64,000 nucleotides of DNA from Heterodontus francisci (lineage: Eukaryota): NCBI RefSeq assembly GCF_036365525.1, contig NC_090414.1, positions 20,545,846 through 20,609,845 on the forward strand. The letters run 5' to 3'. Below the pieces are notes generated by a model. That model did no database searches, was not told the DNA's origin, and saw only the letters and a program-made list of their open reading frames with translations. Every line of letters starts with the position of its first letter. The first letter of the stretch is position 1. The position numbers and the translations under genes are program-made. Below are positions 10,270-20,408 of this stretch, in pieces.

Positions 10270-10827
10270 CGGGGTTAGATACAGAGTAAAGCTCCCTATA
10301 CACTGTCCCCCATCAAACACTCCCAGGACAGGTACAGTACGGGGTTAGATACAGAGTAAATCTCACTCTACACTGTCCCCCATCAAACACTCCCAGGACA
10401 GGGACAGTACAGGGTTAGATACAGAGTAAAGCTCCCTCTACACTGTCCCCCATCAAACACACCCAGGACAGGTACAGCACGGGGTTAGATACAGAGTAAA
10501 GCTCCCTCTACACTGTCCCCCATCAAACACTCCCAGGACAGGTACAGTACGGGGTTAGATACAGAGTAAATCTCACTCTACACTGTCCCCCATCAAACAC
10601 TCCCAGGACAGGGACAGTACGGGGTTAGATACAGAGTAAAGCTCCCTCTACACTGTCCCCCATCAAACACACCCAGGACAGGTACAGCACGGGGTTAGAT
10701 ACAGAGTAAAGCTCCCTCTACACTGTCCCCCATCAAACACACCCAGGACAGGTACAGCACGGGGTTAGATACAGAGTAAAGCTCCCTCTACACTGTCCCC
10801 CATCAAACACTCCCAGGACAGGTACAG
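10270..10827 (+). repeat. 70-bp minisatellite, array A, right part, about 8 units
   Basis: Unit ggggttagatacagagtaaagctccctctacactgtcccccatcaaacactcccaggacaggtacagcac repeated in tandem. Confidence 0.97.
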
Positions 10828-11460
10828 GTTTGATATTTTCTGTATTGTGGAGGATAATTATACAGCGTTACTGCCCTCTGGTGGGGAGGCCCCATTAAGA
10901 CACCTCTCAAGACAGGAATTTGGGATTCTCCCTGTGAACTCCTCGATTGCAGGGTCAAGTTTCCCGTGCTCCTCCTGCCACTTTGACTGCTCCCCTCTCT
11001 CCTGCCCCAGCCACTTCCAGTTGCGGCACTGAACCAGTGAGTACAGGAATGTGTCCTGTTCCAAGCTTCATTCCCCCCCCCTGCTGTGCCATTTGGCTTC
11101 AGGACATTGTGGATAATGAAATGTGATTGGGGGTGGGGGGGTGGTGGAGAGGAGAAACAGCCAGTGGTCCACACTCCTGCTCCCGATCTGGAAACAACCC
11201 CCCCCCCCCCCCCAGTGTCAGCGAGCAATCAGTGGCTTCAGGAGGGCTCTTGCTAAGCCTCAGTACTGACCCTCTGACAGTGCGGCACTCCCTCAGTGGG
11301 ATATAGTGGGGCAACTGTCAGTGTGTTGAATCCGTGTTTGTTTCAATGCCACTTAAGTACCCTCCTCCTCCCCGGATGGCGTTTTGCCCAATCAGTTGAC
11401 AGGACAGGCTGTTGGAAACCCAGCACCAGTGGAATTAACTGAAAGGAAGCTCGGCCAGCT

Positions 11461-11650
11461 GCTTGAGGCCTTCCGCGACCGGTGGGCACCGCAGGGACTG
11501 GAGTGCATTGTCAACGCCAAAAATGGCATTTTAATTTGAGTTTTTTGTTTATTTATCTGGTTTTAATAAAGTTATTTTAAAAATATAAGTGTGTATATAA
11601 AGGGGGCCTGAGGGATAAAGGCCCCCTCGACAAAAAAAAAAATAAAAAAA
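11461..11650 (+). mobile_element. Tx1 3' stub (last ~25 codons of ORF2, part of the 3' UTR, poly(A))
   Basis: gcttgaggccttccgcgaccggtgggcaccgcaggg...ggcattttaatttga matches E1 10044-10122. The A-run starts right after the first 3'-UTR hairpin. Confidence 0.9.
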
Positions 11651-12607
11651 GGGGATTGGCTGTTCTCTGATTGGGAATACTGAGTGCCTCAACGAGGTGC
11701 AGCTGAAGGTTGCAGAGGTGGAGAGAGCAGCTGCAACTGAGCAGAGGTGAAACTTCAACAACAGTCTCCATTAAAGAGAAGAAAGAGACATTTGTTGGAT
11801 ACAAGGCTTTGTCTGGAGGTGGGTGCTGAACACCAGTAATTTACTTTGGACTGTTGGGGGAAGAACAAGTGGCTGGAACAACAAGGGGTGGGGCTGCCAA
11901 TTCAACAGGAATCTGTGCTGCTGCAAAAGCACACAGGGAAGCTCCCTCCCCACACCATTTGCCAAGCATGGGTCAGCTGAAGCTGCCCAGCTAAACAGAC
12001 GGAAGGGGATAGATAGTGCCTGGGCAGCTTCAGCTGACCCAGGTGAAGACGACTCCCCCAACCAGAAGACCGGAAGACCAACTTCAAAGACTGTTTTAAG
12101 TGTACTGTGAGCACCACCTCCAGAAAGCAAGTCATCCCTTCCAGCCTGCCTTTGCCTCTCCTCTATTACCTCAGCCTCTCCACTAACCTGTTGTTTGTTT
12201 GCTTTGTTTTAATACACATTCAATATTTTTGGTGAATCGCTGTTATTTGGTGTGCAAGTCCACAATTTGGGGTGGGTTTAGCTCTTAGATCATGGCAAGC
12301 CCTTCATCACCGGTGCCGGGGCCCTCTACTACCTATGCAGCTGCAGCTTCTGTGGCTGCCCACGTGGCCCCGTCACCCTTTAAATTGTTGACATGCAGCC
12401 ATGGGGTGAAGAGCTATCCCCACCCCAAAATGTCTATTGAGGCCTGCGTTAAGGCAATGGCCGTGGTTGTCGGCCCCTTTTATTTTAAAAATATAAGTGT
12501 GTATATAAAGGGGGGCCTGAGGAATAAAGGCCCCCTCGACATAAAATATATAAAAGGGGTCTGGGGTATAAAGGCCACAAACAAAAAAAAAGAAAAAAAA
12601 AAAAAAA
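11651..12607 (+). mobile_element. Internally deleted Tx1 copy E2 (5' UTR + first ~62 codons of ORF1 fused to 3' UTR and poly(A))
   Basis: Starts ggggattggctgttctctgattggg like E3. ORF1 N-terminus at 12292 (MASPSSPV...HGVKSY.HP.MSIEACVKAMAVVVGP) joins the 3' UTR near 12479. Poly(A) is followed by cggggttagatacagagtaaagctc. Confidence 0.88.
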
Positions 12608-12633
12608 CGGGGTTAGATACAGAGTAAAGCTCT
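12608..12633 (+). repeat. Partial 70-bp minisatellite unit (downstream half of the target)
   Basis: cggggttagatacagagtaaagctc follows the E2 poly(A). Confidence 0.85.
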
Positions 12634-12644
12634 GCAGGTGGAGA

Positions 12645-12850
12645 CACTGGGAGAAGCTAGGGTTGTTCTTCTTAGAGCAGAGAAGGTTAAGGGGAAATTT
12701 AATCGAGGCGTTCACAATCAGGAAGGGTTTTGATGGAGTAAATCAGGAGAAACTGTTTCCGCTGGCAGGAGGGTCGGTAACCAGAGGGACACAGATCGAA
12801 GATAATTGGGAAAAGAACCAGAGGGGGGAGAAGAGAAGAATGTTTTTTAT
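12645..12850 (+). mobile_element. CR1-type LINE 3' fragment
   Basis: Translates to LEQRRLRGNLIEAF..KGFD.V..EKLFPL..GSVTRG, the typical CR1 ORF2 C-terminus. Confidence 0.7.
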
Positions 12851-13025
12851 GCCTGACTGGATAGATCTTTCAAAGAGCTGGCACCGTCTCGAGGGGCTGA
12901 ATGGCTCCGTCCTGTGGTGTCAGATGGTGTGGGGCAGGGAAGGGTTAATCCCCTTCGGAAAGTGTCGTCTCGTGAGGGAAATCAGACACGGGTTGCTTTT
13001 AATCTTTGGCCAGTGATCAAAGTTC

Positions 13026-13063
<38 letters not shown>

Positions 13064-13592
13064 GTCTCTCTCGATGAAGATTGGGTTACCCTGTCCAGTT
13101 GATACAGTCTGTCACCCTGCCACGGTGAGTCTTCTTCAATCTGACAGTGACCTCGTCCTTTAACCGAGCAGAGACACACTGAACTCCAGCTTGGAACAAA
13201 ATCAGCTCAACCGGGTGCCATTGTAAAGACCTTCAAATCCCGCCGGTCAGGTGAGTGGAAACTGCCTCCGCCGCTCGTCCTTGTGGGGCCTCGCGTTCAC
13301 AGGAGACCCACTCTTCCCACCACCGCCACCCACCCCACAACCTACTTCTTCCCACCCTCGGGCCACGAACGTCCCGAGCTGGCATTCGACCACGCGGGGA
13401 ATCGCGGCGTGACTGGACGCCATTCCTGGCCGCTCAGCCGTGCTCCCGGTCCTCAGGAATGGAATACCGACCGTAAACTGGTGGCGGGGGAGGGGCGGGA
13501 GGAGAGGAGGGGAAAGGGGATCGTCGAAGGAAATGAGCTCCTCACTGCGGTGGTAGTTGGCCGTGTGGGATTGCAGTCGCTGAACCCGTTGG

Positions 13593-13660
13593 TGGTCACA
13601 GGTCACGCCCTAGAGTTTGGACTTGGGTGGGGGGGGGCTCCCAGGCATGACCTTTGACCC
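13593..13660. promoter_or_regulatory. Two DR1-type nuclear-receptor elements upstream of ESRRA
   Basis: TGGTCA-C-AGGTCA (13593-13605) and TGACCT-T-TGACCC (13648-13660) in a CpG-rich region. Confidence 0.4.
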
Positions 13661-14214
13661 GGCCTCCTGTCAGGTGACTCGGCTGCTGCCCTCGCATTCA
13701 CTCTCCTCCGCCCGGCCCTCTTTGAGTGTCAGTTTCAGGCTGACAGTGGCCCCCCACTCTTCCGACTCCAGCTTTCGAAATGCAAGTCCTTTCTTTCTTT
13801 CTAACTCGGCACAGGTGGCCGACTGGGATCTTCCTGTGCCATGGGGGCTCGGTGCCAGGCTTGGTGGGGGGGGGGTGGGTGAGTTGGGGTGGGGCAAAGA
13901 CTGGACAGTACGTCAAGGGGTGGGTCTCCTGAGACACGTTGGTCCTTGCGTGTGGCCTTCCAGATGGCTTGACACGCGGGACAGTGTCCGGGGTGGGTGG
14001 GGGACATCCCGGTTGAATTTCTTCTCCCCCTACCCCAAGGGCTCCTGGGCCAGCTGCGGCCTATTAGCCGGCATGGGTGGGGGTTTGAACTCATGAAGCC
14101 CCCCGCCCACTCCATCCAGCTGTCCCAGAGCCACTGTGTTTGCTGTATAATATTCATTTACTGTAGGGTCTGAGGAGCTTCCTCACTTCTGCTCTCACTG
14201 GGTCCAAGGCCCTC

Positions 14215-14345
14215 TCCGGGCCCAATCGGGCAGTGAAAGGGTTAAGGGCCTAGTTCCCGTCCGGCCCCACCCCCCACCTCCTCCCGGTGACGTTTGATTG
14301 GCTCCTTCCCACCAAGGGGCTGCTTGAATATTCATGAGCTGCCAG
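14215..14345 (+). promoter_or_regulatory. Possible ESRRA proximal promoter (two CCAAT boxes, CRE half-site)
   Basis: cccaatc near 14221 and tgacgtttgattggc near 14288, upstream of the first ESRRA exons. No transcript evidence available. Confidence 0.3.
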
Positions 14346-14639
14346 GCTTGGTTAGGAAGTAACAGGAGGAGAGAGGGTGAGGAGGGAACAGAGGGTGAGG
14401 AGGGAGAGGTTGCTTTGCCTGTCAGTGCAAGGGCCCTGCCCTCAGCCGGGCTCTGCTCCTGGATTTGGATCACCGAGCCCTCGCAGGCCTCTCTCAGTTA
14501 ACCCGCCCAGTGCTTCCTTCCTGAATCTACTGACAGGTATGAATCAGTGACTGGGTAGCTGAGCCATTCGGCCCCAACCCCTACCCCATCAACCCCCTCC
14601 CCCCAGCACAGTGGGGGTGGGTACTTCATACAACCCACA

Positions 14640-14880
14640 TCTTTCGGATGAGACATTAAACCGAGGCCCCATCTGCCCCTCTCGGGTGGAGGTAAAAGAT
14701 CCCATTGGAAGAAGAGTGGTGGGGGGGGGGCGGCGGGGAGGGAGTTCTCCCCGGAGTCCCGGGCCCAATTTTTATCCCTCAACCCAACGTCCCTAAAAAC
14801 AGATGATCTGGGTCATTATCGCATCGCTGTTTGTGGGATCTTGCTCTGCACAAATTGGCTCCGCGTTTACCTGCACTGCA
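14640..14880 (+). mobile_element. Deu-domain SINE fragment (SacSINE1-like)
   Basis: ctttcggatgagacattaaaccgaggcccc...gtaaaagatccc...tttgtgggatcttgct, collinear with 1560-1745. Confidence 0.7.
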
Positions 14881-15527
14881 ACGCTTCATGGCTGTGAGGG
14901 GCTGGTGTGCGGCCCCGCAGGCCAGCACAGCGTTAGCTGGGCCCCGACGCCCCATGCAGTCGAATAGCCTCAGCCGGGAAGGACGGACGCTCGGGCAGTG
15001 GTGTCTGCTCTCTCGTGAGCGGCAGATGGGAGGAGGAGTCTCTCCACGCTACTGCGCGCAGTCTTCCCTCCAACCTACCCAGCACGTGACCCCCCCCCCC
15101 CCCCCAACAATCCCTATTCCCCAGGGGGCCCAAGGCGGGGGACAGGGAGGGCGGACCCAGGAGCTCGGCTGAAGGGGAGAGAAACTCGGAGACTGTTTTG
15201 GGAGATGCTTGGAGTTAAATAATCCCCAGTGCTCGGGTGGCGAGGCTAGATTGAGTTGGAGTTGAGAAAGGGGGAGTTGCCTTGAGGAGGAGGGAGGGAG
15301 GGAGAAGTGGAGAAAGACTGAGTGGAGAAAGAGACAAAGAAAGCTGGAGAGCTGAGTCTCTCCCATGTTGTTCGGCAAGGCAAGGACACCGTGAGCTGTT
15401 CAAACACGTCAATTCAGCATTCCTTCTTGAACCAGAGTACACACAGTGACAAGACACACCTTTCAACTCCCTCTCTCCCTCCTTCTGAAGATTTCCCCTC
15501 ACATCTGACTGATCTCCTGCCCCTTCA

Positions 15528-15641
15528 ATGCATCGAAACAATGCACAGCTCTGGGATATTGTGGCAACCCCAGGCACCCGCAAACCCCGAGCAACCTCGG
15601 GCTGGGCTTCAACGCGTGCCCGCAGCCCAAATCGCGGCCTG
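15528..15641 (+). CDS. ESRRA: Possible upstream ESRRA coding exon (38-aa N-terminal extension)
   Basis: ATG at 15528 is open to a GTAACG donor at 15642 and splices in phase 0 to the AG acceptor at 16093-16094, in frame with ESRRA. No recognisable homology. Confidence 0.3.
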
Positions 15642-15714
15642 GTAACGTATTCCTCAAGTTGCCTGTTAAGAGTCAAACTTGACTGAAATGTGGCCCCTTG
15701 CCAACGGAGGTCAG

Positions 15715-16005
15715 AGGCCTAAATCAAGGCTCCTGTCTTGTTACTGAGGCCTAATCCAGTCCCCTGTCATCTGTAAAGAGGGCTGAGTCCTAAATCCAGG
15801 CCCCTGTCTCGATACTGAGGCCTAAATCCAGGCCCCTGTCTCGATACTGAGGCCCAAATCCAGGCCCCAGCTCTACAGGCGTGAGACATAAATCCAGGCC
15901 CCTGTCTCGATACTGAGGCCTAAATCCAGGCCCATATCTCAATACTGAGGCCTAAATCCAGGCCTCTGTCTCAATACTGAGGCCTAAATTCAGGCCCCTG
16001 TCCCT
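15715..16005. repeat. 32-bp minisatellite (taaatccaggcccctgtctcgatactgaggcc), about 8 copies
   Basis: Directly visible. Confidence 0.9.
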
Positions 16006-16088
16006 GTCCAGAGGCCTGAGGTGGTCGTGCGGCGGTGGGGGGGGATGCAGAAGGAGAATTTGGATAAATACAGCGGTGTGGAATTTGA

Positions 16089-16427
<339 letters not shown>

Positions 16428-16529
16428 TGACCTCTCCGCGGGGGGGGGGGGGGGGGGGGGGGGGTGCGCGGTGGGTGCTGGTCGGCTAGGGGAGGCATCG
16501 CCCTCACTCTGTCGCTCTCTCTGTTCCAG

Positions 16530-16646
16530 GAAGTATCGAGTACAGCTGTCCCGCTGCCAGTGACTGCGAGATCACCAAGCGTCGGCGGAAATCCTGCCAG
16601 GCATGCCGGTTCACCAAATGCCTGAGTGTCGGGATGATGAAGGAAG
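16530..16646 (+). CDS. ESRRA: ESRRA second zinc-finger exon
   Basis: [39 protein letters not shown]; AG/GT flanks. Confidence 0.97.
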
Positions 16647-16926
16647 GTCAGAGTTCGTCGCGTGCTCGCTCGTTTGACCTTTAACCTCATGATCCAATTC
16701 CTTCCCTCCCCCACTACCCCCCCCAACCCCCACCCACACAGGCACTGAGGCCAAACACCTCATTCCCCCACCCCTGGCCCCAACTGCTCCTCTGAATGTC
16801 CTGAGGTGGTGAAAGACCCTGTAGAAATGCTAGTCACTCTCTCTCTCTCTCTCTCTGAAACACAGGGTGGGGGTGTCTGTGGGTGGTGAGCCTCGGGTTA
16901 GTGATCGTGCGATCCTTCTCTTACAG

Positions 16927-17037
16927 GCGTCCGGTTAGACCGTGTGCGGGGCGGGAGACAGAAGTATAAACAGAGGCCTGACACCCTGAGCACAGCCTAC
17001 CTGAGCTTGGAGCCACTCCCCTCGGCGAAGAGAGCGG
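16927..17037 (+). CDS. ESRRA: ESRRA C-terminal extension/hinge exon
   Basis: [18 protein letters not shown]..., the ERR T/A-box motif; AG acceptor and GTAAG donor. Confidence 0.96.
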
Positions 17038-17538
17038 GTAAGATCGCCCTGTGCGGGGGGGTGCGGGGAACATGGTAGCTGCTCGGCGGGGCTGGGGAGG
17101 GAGAGGGGGATGGAGTTACAGACGTGTCTGGGGAGCACAGCCGGGTTAGGATAGCCCCCTCCCCCTCCACCGCACTCGTCTTGGGGCAAATCCAGGGGGA
17201 TTGTGGCTGCCTGTCAGCTGCTGAGGTCAGTCAGGCAGCAGCAGAGACCGGGTTGCGAATCGCAGGCTTTATTTGAAAATTGGTTTCAGTATGTGTAATA
17301 GAATGTGACACAGGGGCGAGAGGCCTGAAATGCAAGGCCCGGGGCGCGAAGCTCGGGGTACACGAGGCCTGGGTGGGGGAGGGGGGGGCGGGGTTTAAGC
17401 TGTGACAGACATGTGCTGGGTGCAGGATTTGATACACTCAAAAAAAAAAAAGGAAAAGGGGCAAGAAGGTGGTGGAGCGACCGAGAGCAAACTAATCTCT
17501 TTTCCCCGCCCCCTACCTCTCCCTCCCTCCCACTCCAG

Positions 17539-17709
17539 GCACCTCGGTGAACAAGGTCATTACCTACCTGCTGGCAGCAGAGCCAGAGAAGCTTTATGCC
17601 ATGCCGGATCCCACGGTGCCCGACAGTTACATCAAAGCCGTCACCACGCTCTGTGACCTGGCTGACCGGGAGCTCGTTGTCATCATCGGCTGGGCCAAGC
17701 ACATCCCAG
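17539..17709 (+). CDS. ESRRA: ESRRA ligand-binding domain exon (helices 1-3)
   Basis: [55 protein letters not shown]. Confidence 0.96.
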
Positions 17710-17959
17710 GTACCGCTCCTCGGGAATTCGCTCCTCGGGATTCCGCTCCTCGGGATCCCTCGCGCTCGGAGCCAAACAGCAGGCCGTCCTCCACCGCGTC
17801 TCCTCGGGGCTGCTTGATTGGCTGTCGGCCTGTGTGACCCTCCGAGGCAGTGAGGAGGAGGACGACAGCGGAGGGACTCGGTGGCCGGAGAGAGTCGAGA
17901 ACACAATCAGGGATGGCCTGCTATTGAATTCCAGAAACAGCAGAGGAACTGTAGCATTG

Positions 17960-18530
17960 GACAGCGCAGAAGGAGGCTATTCAGCCCCTTGAGCCTGTAC
18001 TAGCCCTTTGAAAGAGCTATCCAATTAATCCCCTGCCCTTTCCCCAATAACCCTACAAATTTCCCCCTTCAACTATTTATCCAATTCCCCCTTTTGAAAG
18101 TTACTATTGAATCTGCTTCCACCGCCCTTTCAGGCAGCGCGTTCCAGATCACAACAACTCACTGTGTAAAAAAAAAAAGCATTCTCATCTCCCCCTCTGG
18201 TTCTTTGATCAATTATCTTCAATCCGTGTCCCTCTGGTTACCGACCCTCCCACCACCGGAAACAGTTTCTCCTGATTTACTCCGTCAAAACCCTTCCTGA
18301 TTGTGAACGCCTCGATTAAATCTCCCCCTTAACCTTCTCTGCTCTGAAGAGAACAATCCCAGCTTCTCCCGGTCTCTCCACATGAACTGAAGTCCCTCAT
18401 CCCTGGGACCATTCCGGTAAATCTCCTCCGAAGCCTTGACATGCTTCCTTAAAGTTTGGCGCCCAGAATTGGACTGAATTCTCCGGTTGAGGCCTAACCA
18501 GTGGTTTATAAAGATTTAGGTTAACTTCTT
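17960..18530 (-). mobile_element. CR1-type LINE 3' fragment
   Basis: Reverse-complement similarity to the CR1-like fragments at 12645-12850 and 32500-33070. Boundaries approximate. Confidence 0.65.
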
Positions 18531-19242
18531 TGCTGAGCTGTTACTTATCACTGGCTCGGCCTTACCTGCAGTACTGTGTCTAAACCGCCTTGAACCTCGG
18601 CCTGGTAGAAAACTGGGAGTCACAGCACAAAACAAACTGGCCTTGCAGAATCTGAGCTCCCACTGAGGGCACTAGGGGTGTTGACCAAATTTTTAAAAAT
18701 CTAATCATTTCACAGTTAGCTTGCCTTTGCACCAGGATAATAGAGTCTCCCGAAGAGGCACTGGGAATTTTCTGGTTTGTGATTGGGAAAAATAACCGGA
18801 GTTAGGCCAAGTGGAGGTGGAGAGATCCCACCCACCCCCCGCCCCCCCCACTTCAGGACGGGGAGCCCGGCCTAGTCAGTCTAAGCCTCATGGCGCTGCC
18901 TGGGGTCAAGTTAGTTTGAATCGGCGTCAATTGCTCAGAGACTAAATGCCTCGGCCTTGACACGATGAGAGGTGGTTGAATGAAGCTGCTGAACGCAAAG
19001 ATATTAATTTATAAAACTGAAGCAGGAAAACACACAAACAGCAATTCGAGCCAGGCCTGGGATGAGATGCAGCTATTTGTGTCAAAGTCACTCTGTTCAA
19101 TTTTAAAGGAAATTCTCAGCACATTAACTCACTCCCTCAACGTTCCACCTTGTCCAGCCAGCACTTTACTTCTTCAATGTTCCCCACGTTTCCTGTCTTA
19201 CTTTATCGCTGTTTCTCCCAGCTCTGTTCTAAATTTCGTAGC

Positions 19243-19758
19243 TCAAACAGGTACAACACGGGGGTTAGATACAGAGTAAAGCTCCCTCTACACTGTCCCC
19301 ATCAAACACTCCCAGGACAGGTACAGTACGGGGGTCAGATACAGAGTAAAGCTCCCTCTACACTGTCCCCCATCAAACACTCCCAGGACAGGTACAGTAC
19401 GGGGGTCAGATACAGAGTAAAGCTCCCTCTACACTGTCCCCATCAAACACTCCCAGGACAGGTACAACACGGGGGTTAGATACAGAGTAAAGCTCCCTCT
19501 ATACTGTCCCCATCAAACACTCCCCAGGACAGGTACAGCACGGGGGTTAGATACAGAGTAAAGCTCCCTCTACACTGTCCCCATCAAACACTCCCAGGAC
19601 AGGTACAGTACGGGGGTTAGATACAGAGTAAAGCTCCCTCTATACTGTCCCCATCAAACACTCCGACAGGTACAGTAAAAAAAAAAAAGGGGTTAGATAC
19701 AGAGTCAAGCTCCCTCGACACTGTCCCCCATCAAACACTCCCAGGACAGGTACAGCAG
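19243..19758 (+). repeat. 70-bp minisatellite, array B, left part, about 7 units, including a poly(A) insertion at 19677-19688
   Basis: Same unit as 10270-10827; ends ...ggacaggtacagca directly before E3. Confidence 0.97.
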
Positions 19759-20408
19759 TGGGATTGGCTGCTCTCTGATTTGGGAGCCTGAGTGCATCAA
19801 CGAGGTGAAGCTGACTGTGGCTGTGTGCAGAGGTTGGAGGCTGCAGGCTGTGTGACTGCTGCAAGAGGGAGACTCAAACTGAAACAAAAATTTTTTCCAA
19901 ATTTCAACAAAGGAAGGAAGGCAGAGAACTGGAAGAACTGGAAACTCTTTTGTGAGATAGTTTTATCCTGAAGCCTTTTTCATTGATTGTTGGGGGTGGG
20001 GAAAGAAGAGACCTGAAGACCTTGGGTGGGGCTGTATTTTTCAATAGGGAGCTCCTGTGTTTAACATCTTTGGATAGGGAGCTCCCTCCCCACCCCAACT
20101 ACTAAGCCTGGGACAGCTGGAGCTGCCCAGGTGAAGAGACTTCTCTTCTCTTTTCTCTTATCTGAACATCGAAGGAGGTGTGTGCCTTGGCAGCTTACAG
20201 CTGACCCAGGTGAAGACATCACCTCACCCTCCCAACTGGAAGACCAGCTACAAGACTTCTTTAAAATACCAACAAAGACTGATTCCTCCTGGCCTTCCTC
20301 TCCCTCAGCCTCTTCCCTGTGCTACATCCTTTAAGGGTTGCTTTTTTGATTTATTGTATTTGCTCTTTTTTTTTGCTCTCAACAAAGTACCTGTAACTCT
20401 TCTACCCC

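Noticed and set aside
10270-10827. 70-bp array as a CRISPR array, or as a hammerhead retrozyme
   Set aside because: Units are contiguous with no unique spacers and the context is eukaryotic. I found no CUGANGA/GAAA hammerhead core on either strand.
15541-15641. ATG 15541 (MHSSGILWQ...) as the ESRRA start
   Set aside because: It splices out of frame (phase 2) with the next exon; only ATG 15528 or 16107 is in frame.
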